From assembly GCA_965248575.1 (NCBI GenBank), contig CBDFJQ010000002.1, positions 3,648,001-3,712,000 on the forward strand: a DNA stretch of 64,000 nt. The letters are read 5' to 3'. Positions 28,162 to 34,953 of the stretch are shown here, piece by piece (the stretch's first letter is position 1; the number at the start of each line of letters is the position of its first letter). Origin of the DNA: Planctomycetota bacterium. GTDB taxonomy: Bacteria > Planctomycetota > B15-G4. Position numbers and translations under genes: made by a program. The notes under the pieces were generated by a model. That model saw only the letters and a program-made list of their open reading frames with translations, ran no database searches and was not told the DNA's origin.

Positions 28162-28581
28162 CTACGGAACCAGGATCTCTACGGTCTGCCCCGCCTGTAC
28201 GGGCAGCCCAACGACGCTCGTGCCCATCACGGTCAACTCCAAGCCTGGGATGGCCGGGATGCTGAACGAGATCGTGCCGTGAGCATTCGTCGTTCCCAGT
28301 GCAACGACTGGACCGCTTGGAGCCGTGATGACGACGTTGTAGCTGGGTGAGGTACCGGCGATCTTGACGAGCAGCGGAAGGCGGAGGGTTTCGCCTGGTG
28401 CAGTGCCTAGGGTCCCGAGAGGTGAGGCGGGCGCCTTCGGCGGGGAGGGACCAATACCGCCGCCGCCCCCGGATGCAATGAAGGACGGTCGTGTGCCGCC
28501 GGACGTGGCGGGGGCAAGGCTAACGAGCAGGGCGAGCGCCAATGCGCGCCATAGCTTCCGAGGTGTGGCGAGGGGCTTCAC
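28162..28581 (-). CDS. Small secreted hypothetical protein (Gly/Pro linker, beta-rich domain)
   Basis: GTG 28581 overlaps the upstream TGA (GTGA); signal peptide LWRALALALLVSLAPA. Confidence 0.7.
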   Translation of the reverse strand: MKPLATPRKLWRALALALLVSLAPATSGGTRPSFIASGGGGGIGPSPPKAPASPLGTLGTAPGETLRLPLLVKIAGTSPSYNVVITAPSGPVVALGTTNAHGTISFSIPAIPGLELTVMGTSVVGLPVQAGQTVEILVP

Positions 28582-29351
28582 GAGCTGGGCCTCTGCGAGG
28601 AGGGCGAGGGACCAGGGAGGGACAAGTGCTGGACCACTTCGCTGAGATCGAGTCCGAACTGAGTCGCCAGCCATGGCGCCTCGTCGACGATCAGTCTGGA
28701 CAAGTATGCAGAATCATCGACCCCTTCCAAGGCGGCCCGGAGACGGGCGGCGGATTCACGGAACTCTGATCCCATTTCCATCCAAGCTTGTGCAGTCAAG
28801 CGGTTGAAAGCTGCAAGGGGAAGACTTTTGCCGCTCGTCAGCAGAGTGTTTCCAACTTGCGCCGTTTGCTCGTACTGAGCCAAGAGGAGAAGGACCGTCT
28901 GTCGCTCCTCTTGCGCAACTTGATACCACGACGGCGACAGCGCTTGATCGAGCAGGATCTCAAAGCGTTCAGCCGACTCCTCGATACCTCCGTCAGCTCG
29001 GACGCATTGCGCGCGAAGGAACTGAAGCCGTGGTGACTCACCTTCGACCCCTACTCCCAGGTCCAAGCAAGCATGAGCGCACGCAAGCGCCGACTCGCTG
29101 GAGGGGTCAGCCAACGGCAGCTCATCCTTTGCCAGCGTCAGTCCAACGCGGGCTTCAAGGACCAACAGGTCCGAGTAGAGGGCCGAAATCGGCTTCGGGT
29201 CCTCGAACCATCGGATGTTCCGAGTCTTGGTCTCCGCAGCCATGGACCAGCAGCGTCGCGCCATCTGATACGCCACCCGCGCCAGCGCATCCTGACCAGC
29301 CACCTTGCCGACACGCACCAAACGTTCGAGCAACAGATCGTGCGCAGTCAT
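28578..29351 (-). CDS. Hypothetical alpha-helical (TPR-like) protein
   Basis: ATGA overlap with the upstream sigma-like gene; helical pattern PRLQFLRAQCVRADGGIEESAERFEILL. Confidence 0.72.
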   Translation of the reverse strand: MTAHDLLLERLVRVGKVAGQDALARVAYQMARRCWSMAAETKTRNIRWFEDPKPISALYSDLLVLEARVGLTLAKDELPLADPSSESALACAHACLDLGVGVEGESPRLQFLRAQCVRADGGIEESAERFEILLDQALSPSWYQVAQEERQTVLLLLAQYEQTAQVGNTLLTSGKSLPLAAFNRLTAQAWMEMGSEFRESAARLRAALEGVDDSAYLSRLIVDEAPWLATQFGLDLSEVVQHLSLPGPSPSSQRPSS

Positions 29352-30013
29352 GGCGAACCTCCTTCCAGCTCCTTCTCGATCGCCTGGTCCAGGCGCTCCA
29401 TGGCTTCGAGCAGCAGCGACTCCACATCGGCTACAGGGATCGACAGTTCCTTGGCGACCTCTTCATTGCCGAGACCGTCCATCTGGCTAGCACGGAGCAC
29501 TCGGCGGTGGGGGAGGTCTAGCCGGTGCAAGCAAATGTGCGTTGCACGGGCGTGGATTTCGGCGGGGCCGTCCAGCAGTTGGGGCTTGCCGTCGGCATCC
29601 CAGCGCACGGGGCCGGTGGGGTCGGACACCCTCGACAGCGCGATGTCACGCACCCGGGTTTCGGCCTGTGAACGCATGGAGGAGTCAGCCCGAGTGAGAA
29701 AGCCAGGCGCGTCGTCCCGGAGCGGCGCGACGTCCACGAACAGGGCTTCGTAGAAGGCGACGACCAACTCGTCTGGGTCCTCGGCTAGTCCGATGTCGCG
29801 CGCGATTTGGGCGGCCAAGCGTGAAAGGCGGCGCCCGGCGAGGTCTACCAGGAGCTCATAAGCAGCAATGTCGCTTGTCGCTTGGAAACGCCTGACCAGC
29901 AGGTCGGCGGCGCGCTCGAGTTGCAGGTCATCGTCAACGTTCAGCTCGGGCAGACCCGGAACTTCCGACGCACCAAACACATCGTGCAGGCGTTCGAGGA
30001 AGTCCTCCTGCAT
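29348..30013 (-). CDS. Degenerate sigma-70/ECF-like protein
   Basis: Region 2-like AYELLVDLAGRRLSRLA...EDPDELV; region 4-like LDLPHRRVL...DGLGNEEVAKELSIPVADVESLL. Start ATG 30013. Confidence 0.72.
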   Translation of the reverse strand: MQEDFLERLHDVFGASEVPGLPELNVDDDLQLERAADLLVRRFQATSDIAAYELLVDLAGRRLSRLAAQIARDIGLAEDPDELVVAFYEALFVDVAPLRDDAPGFLTRADSSMRSQAETRVRDIALSRVSDPTGPVRWDADGKPQLLDGPAEIHARATHICLHRLDLPHRRVLRASQMDGLGNEEVAKELSIPVADVESLLLEAMERLDQAIEKELEGGSP

Positions 30014-30193
30014 GTCCCGCGCTCCGCGCCCCTTGGTGATGAACGGTGATCCGACGACTGGACCAGCATCTACGAGCAATGGCTGGGCATGATTCACGAA
30101 TCCTGCTTTCGGCCCGTCACGCCATGCTCCCACCGACCAGCGAGCCTAAGTTGGCTCCTGGCGCACGTCAACGTCCGCGTATGGCGGCGCACC

Positions 30194-30475
30194 TTAGTGT
30201 TGTGAGACTGCGGTGCATGTCGCTGACTCGGAACGGTCATTCTTGACGGCCGGCAGTGTGGCGGGTCTTCGCGGTCTAGGTCGCTCATCCAGAAAGCCCA
30301 CACCCCCAGCGAACTGCTCCGAACGCTCATGGACGTGCGTTGGAAAACCGTTCTGCGGCCCAGTCCTCAGAACGCCGAGCGAACAAACACCGCCGACGGT
30401 CAAGACATCCGCATGAAGCGTGGGTCTGAGAGCGCACAAGGATGCGCAGACCAGCAAGGTCTTGATGGGGTGCAT
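30194..30475 (-). pseudogene. Probable N-terminal remnant of a secreted protein
   Basis: MHPIKTLLVCASLCALRPTLHA-DVLTVGG resembles the QARA-DVLVVDPFGGG start of 41460..42767, then turns into non-protein-like sequence. Confidence 0.4.
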
Positions 30476-30707
30476 GAGTCGCCCACCCGTGGTGCTGGCT
30501 TGGATCCCGTGCCAGTCAGTTTGCTCGCAGTTCTCGGTTGCTGGGCAGCGAGAGGCTCCGCCCCCCCGATCCCGACCACCGATGGCGACTGTGTCGATCC
30601 CGAGGCGGCCCGCCGTGGAATCGCACGGCGAGCGCTGTCGAACACCCCACTCTCCGCAATTCTGCGGATGGCAGCCCGGATCGATGGGCGGTATGCAAGC
30701 CTATGTC

Positions 30708-32078
30708 ATGCACGAACAGACCCACGGCCACTCAGCCCTCGCGCTCGACGAGCTGCAGGCGGCGCCTGTCGCCAGCGAATGCACTGGCACTGGCGCTGAC
30801 GCTGACGCTGACACCGACGCTGAGGGGGCGACCGCCGACCGGCTGACCATCGCCCAGTGGAAGACGCACCTGGCCCAGTACGAAAAGCCCTCGCGTTGGC
30901 GGGCGACGGTTCAGATCGTCGACACGCTCGGGCCCTACATCCTGGTCTGGTACGCGATGTACCTCAGCATGGGCGTGTCGTGGTGGCTCACGATCCCGCT
31001 CGCGGCGTTGTCGGGCCTGCTGATCATCCGCGTCTTCATCATCTTCCACGACTGCGGGCACGGCTCGTACTTCCGCTCGCACCTGGCCAACGACATCACC
31101 GGCTTCATCGCTGGGATGCTGAGCTTCACACCCTATTACCACTGGCGTTGGCAGCACGGCCTGCACCACGCGACCGCCGGCGACCTCGACCGGCGCGGCA
31201 CCGGCGACATCTGGACCATGACCGTGCAGGAGTACCTCGAGTCCGGCCTCTGGAAACGCTTCGCCTACAAGCTGTCGCGCAATCCCATCGTGCTGTTCGT
31301 GATCGCGCCGCTGTTCTTGTTCGTGTTCCGGCAGCGCATCCCGTCGCGCCGGGCCAGCCCCCGTGAGCGCCGCTCGGTGTGGTGGATGAATCTCGCCCTG
31401 GCCGGCATGGTCACGGTGTTGAGCCTGGTCTTCGGCTTCGTCCCGTACCTGTTCATCCAGCTCACGGCCAGCGTGGTGACAGGTGCCGCCGGTGTCTGGC
31501 TCTTCTACGTGCAGCACCAGTTCGAGGACGCCTACTGGGAACGCGGCGACGACTGGGACTACACGGTGGCCGCGCTCCAGGGCAGTTCGTACTACAAGTT
31601 GCCGGCCCCGCTGCGCTGGCTCTCGGGCAACATCGGCTTCCACCACGTGCACCACCTCAGCAGCCGCATCCCCAACTACCACCTCGAGGCGTGTCACGAC
31701 TCACACCCCCTGTTTCAGCAGGTCAAACCCGTCACCCTGCTGGCGAGCTGGCGCACGATGTTCCTGAAACTCTGGGACGAGCGCGGACGCAAGCTGGTGG
31801 GCTTCCGGCATGCGCGGGCCCAGCGCCGCGAGAACGCAGCACGCGCCCGGGATGCAAAGCGGGATGCAAAGCGGACCGCTCAGGCCGACGCCCCGTTGTC
31901 TGCGGGGGCCTCGCACGGCGAGCACGCTGACGCGACCCGTCCGCATGGGCAGAACCAGAGTGAGCGTCGTGTCCGCGCGAACGGGGTTCACGTGCACGCT
32001 CAGGTCCACGATGCCCACTTGGAAGGTCAGCGCGGTGCCCGAGGGCGCGCCGACGAAGTTGGTCGTGCCGCCGAGTGA
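30708..32078 (+). CDS. Membrane-bound fatty acid desaturase (Des-like)
   Basis: His boxes HDCGH, HGLHH, HHVHH plus FYVQHQFE. Start ATG 30708 or 30693. Atypical C-terminal extension. Confidence 0.92.
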   Translation: MHEQTHGHSALALDELQAAPVASECTGTGADADADTDAEGATADRLTIAQWKTHLAQYEKPSRWRATVQIVDTLGPYILVWYAMYLSMGVSWWLTIPLAALSGLLIIRVFIIFHDCGHGSYFRSHLANDITGFIAGMLSFTPYYHWRWQHGLHHATAGDLDRRGTGDIWTMTVQEYLESGLWKRFAYKLSRNPIVLFVIAPLFLFVFRQRIPSRRASPRERRSVWWMNLALAGMVTVLSLVFGFVPYLFIQLTASVVTGAAGVWLFYVQHQFEDAYWERGDDWDYTVAALQGSSYYKLPAPLRWLSGNIGFHHVHHLSSRIPNYHLEACHDSHPLFQQVKPVTLLASWRTMFLKLWDERGRKLVGFRHARAQRRENAARARDAKRDAKRTAQADAPLSAGASHGEHADATRPHGQNQSERRVRANGVHVHAQVHDAHLEGQRGARGRADEVGRAAE

Positions 32079-32135
32079 ACCGTTCGGCTCGGTGAACGCG
32101 AAGGCCTGTGCCGTGACCGGGAAGGCGTAGAGCGC
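31947..32135 (-). pseudogene. Decayed remnant of the shared C-terminal domain
   Basis: ALYAFPVTAQAFAFTEPNGSLGGTTNFVGAPSGTALTFQVGIVDLSV aligns by eye with TVHAFPFVTQIFFVSDADGRAVISVTWPPNIQSGVDIYLQFLVDDPSV from 34954..37464. Confidence 0.55.
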
Positions 32136-32247
32136 GCGGCTCGGCCGGCGGCGCGGGTTGAGTTCACTGATGACATCGCGTTCGGGCGTGTGGGCTGCGC
32201 GGAGACGTCGCCAGGCCCCTTGCTCACCCACCTGCTAGCATGCGGAC

Positions 32248-33066
32248 ATGACGAATGAACCACAACATCTCGGCCTCGGCCGCGAGAAGCCTGACGCGCG
32301 CGACGCCCTGTTCGTTCCCCTGGCGATGAAGGCGGCGGCCAGCCCGGGCTCCACGAGCATCAACCTCGTGAATTGGGAATGGCCCGTCTGGAACCAGGGC
32401 AGCCTCAACAGTTGCACGGCCCAGGTGGTCGCTGCTGCGGTGCACTACCTGATCGTCAAGGAGAAGGTCCACGTGCCCTTCGATCCGTCGCGGCTGTTCG
32501 TGTACTTCAACGAACGCGTGCTCTTCGACGAGCTGGAGAAGCCGGGCGGGCACGCCATCGACCACAACGCGCCGGTCTACATGCGCGACGGGATCAAGGC
32601 CTTGGCGCGTTGGGGCCTCTGCCGCGAAGACCACTGGACCGATGACCTGGAAGACCTGCTCACGAAATACGTGGAGCGCCCGCCGCAGGATGCCTACGAC
32701 TTCGCCGAGGACCACAAGACGGTCAAGTACTCCAAGCTGGACGTGCACGGCAAGCCGACCGCCGACAAGCTGCGCTTGTTCAAGGCGTGCCTCACGGAGG
32801 GCTTCCCGTTCACCATCGGCATCCACGTCTACCCCAGCATGTCGAGCGCGGTCGAAGGTGCGATCCCCACGCCGAGCGATGCCGCCACGGCCACGGGCGG
32901 CCACGCCTTGCTCGTGACGGGCTTCGACGACGCTTCGCAACGCTTCATGATCCGCAACTCATGGGGCTCGAGCTGGGGCAAGCAGGGCTACGGCACCATC
33001 GGCTACGACTACGTGTGCAACGACAAGTTCACGGACTCCATCTGGACGATCCGCGGCGCGACCTGA
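32248..33066 (+). CDS. Papain-like cysteine peptidase (family C1)
   Basis: QGSLNSCT (oxyanion Gln and catalytic Cys), GGHALL, IRNSWGSSWGKQGY; no signal peptide. Confidence 0.93.
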   Translation: MTNEPQHLGLGREKPDARDALFVPLAMKAAASPGSTSINLVNWEWPVWNQGSLNSCTAQVVAAAVHYLIVKEKVHVPFDPSRLFVYFNERVLFDELEKPGGHAIDHNAPVYMRDGIKALARWGLCREDHWTDDLEDLLTKYVERPPQDAYDFAEDHKTVKYSKLDVHGKPTADKLRLFKACLTEGFPFTIGIHVYPSMSSAVEGAIPTPSDAATATGGHALLVTGFDDASQRFMIRNSWGSSWGKQGYGTIGYDYVCNDKFTDSIWTIRGAT

Positions 33067-33092
33067 GCCGGGCCAGAACACGGCCCCATGCG

Positions 33093-34790
33093 TCACAGCT
33101 TCGTGATGTGGATCACGTTGTCCTGCATGTCGCCATCGCCGTTGAGGTCAACCAAGGCGAAGGCCTCATAGACCATGTAGGCCACGTAGGGGGCCTCGAC
33201 CCAGGCGTTGTAGCTGGTGGTGGGCCCCAACACGGTGAGGGTGCCGTGGCGGCGGTCATACGCGTGGAGTATGAGGTCGAGGATATCGCCATCACCGTTG
33301 ATGTCGGTCAGCCCCTGCGACCACTCTTGCACGGAGATGACCACCACCCGTTCATCGCCCGTGGCAAAGATGCTCGCGTAGGGCAGGTCGACCCGTGATC
33401 CGTTCGAGAGGTCGAGGATCGTCGGTGTCTTGTCGGCGGTGTCCCCATCGCCGTTGCGGTCCAGGTTGCCCTGCGAAGCCTCGGAGACGACGACCGTGAG
33501 GGCGTCGCCCGCGAGGGTGAGAGCGAAGGGGCTGCGCTCGCTCGCCAGGCCCGTGTTGCGGAGCTTGAGCGTCCGGGTGTCCAGGGTGTGGGCGACGAGG
33601 TCGACGAGATCGCCGTCGCCGTTCAGGTCTGTGGCCGCCTCATGCACGAGCAGGGCAGCGCGCGAACCCTCGATGGGGAAAGCCACCACATCGCTCAGGG
33701 GGCCGAGGTAGACATCCAGCTTGCTCGTCTCGCCCGTGAGACCGTCGATGCGCTGCAGGAAACAGGGCGCACTGGAAGAGTCCGTCTGCGGGACGCTTGT
33801 GAACGCGGCGTCCCCGGCGGGGATCACGAACGCCGGTCGGTAGATAGGGCCCCAGGTGATGTCCGTGGGTTGCGCGACACCGGAGGACAGGTCGAGCAGC
33901 GCGATGAGCAGGCTGTTCAGCGCGCCGTCGCCATCCACATCGACGGCCAGCGCCGCCTCGCTCACGTGCACGACGAGCTTGTCGCCTGCGAGGGCCCAGA
34001 AGGAGAGCCCGATGAGCTCCGCGAGGCCGGTGTTCTTGGTGAGCCCGGTGTGGGCGTCGTACACGTGGATCACCTTGTCATCGCTGTCGCCGTCCCCGTC
34101 GAGGTCCTGCCCGCCTTGGTCACTCTCTGGCACCAAGAAGACGACGAAGCGCGGCCCCACGTGGAGCGTGTTCATGCGCGTCATGGCGAGGCCGGTGTTG
34201 GTTGTGTGGCCCGTGGCTCGGGAATGGACGTGCATCACGCTGTCAGTCTTGTCGCCGTCGCCGTTGAGGTCCTGGTTTGATTGGTAGGCCTCGCGTACGC
34301 CCATCACCACCAGTTCGTCGGTGACGCGGTAGTCGCTGAAGGTGATCGCGTGGCCCAGGTTCTGCACAAGGCCCGTGCGCAGGTCGTGGATCTGGACGAC
34401 ATTCTCCGTGGCGCCGATGTCTCCGTCCCCGTTCAAGTCCAGCTGCTGACTTCCCTCGTTCACCAGGACGGGCACGAACCTCCTGTCCACGTAGTTGGGC
34501 GAGGTGATGCCAGCCAAGGGCAGGGTCAGGCTGGTGTCGGACTCGGTGTTGAGCAGGTAGGGGACCCAGTCACTCACGTCCCCATCGCCGTTGAGGTCAC
34601 CCGTCTGGGCGGTTTCGAAGATGAAGCTCGTCAGCCGGCCGACCTCCAGGCTGGTGATGTTCCCAGGCAGGCCCGTGTTGCCAGGCGCGACGTGCAGGGC
34701 CTGGGCGAGCAGCGGTGCGCCGAGCAGTGCGATCGCGAGGGGTGCGAGGAGGGGCGTGATGAGAGGGCGAAGCACGTTGGTGATCGGCAC
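33093..34790 (-). CDS. Secreted repeat protein with nine Dx(N/D)GDG putative Ca2+-binding loops
   Basis: SD AGGAG and GTG; signal peptide; repeated V-x-E-x5-DLNGDGD-x2-D-x-V. Confidence 0.85.
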   Translation of the reverse strand: MPITNVLRPLITPLLAPLAIALLGAPLLAQALHVAPGNTGLPGNITSLEVGRLTSFIFETAQTGDLNGDGDVSDWVPYLLNTESDTSLTLPLAGITSPNYVDRRFVPVLVNEGSQQLDLNGDGDIGATENVVQIHDLRTGLVQNLGHAITFSDYRVTDELVVMGVREAYQSNQDLNGDGDKTDSVMHVHSRATGHTTNTGLAMTRMNTLHVGPRFVVFLVPESDQGGQDLDGDGDSDDKVIHVYDAHTGLTKNTGLAELIGLSFWALAGDKLVVHVSEAALAVDVDGDGALNSLLIALLDLSSGVAQPTDITWGPIYRPAFVIPAGDAAFTSVPQTDSSSAPCFLQRIDGLTGETSKLDVYLGPLSDVVAFPIEGSRAALLVHEAATDLNGDGDLVDLVAHTLDTRTLKLRNTGLASERSPFALTLAGDALTVVVSEASQGNLDRNGDGDTADKTPTILDLSNGSRVDLPYASIFATGDERVVVISVQEWSQGLTDINGDGDILDLILHAYDRRHGTLTVLGPTTSYNAWVEAPYVAYMVYEAFALVDLNGDGDMQDNVIHITKL

Positions 34791-34953
34791 GGTCTATAGC
34801 TCCTGGTTCTGCTCCTTGGGCGGTGGCTCGTCACCACGCCCACACCTAGTCCCGTGTGGGGAGACGGATTCGGAGCCGCAACCGGACACAGAACGCAGAG
34901 CTGCGTACCGACGCTCTATTCCATTGGTCGCGTCGCGAAGCTGAGAACTGCCC

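Noticed and set aside
30070..30095. Sigma-54-like promoter upstream of the sigma-like gene (TGCCCAGCCATTGCT, minus strand)
   Set aside because: The invariant GG at -24 is missing.
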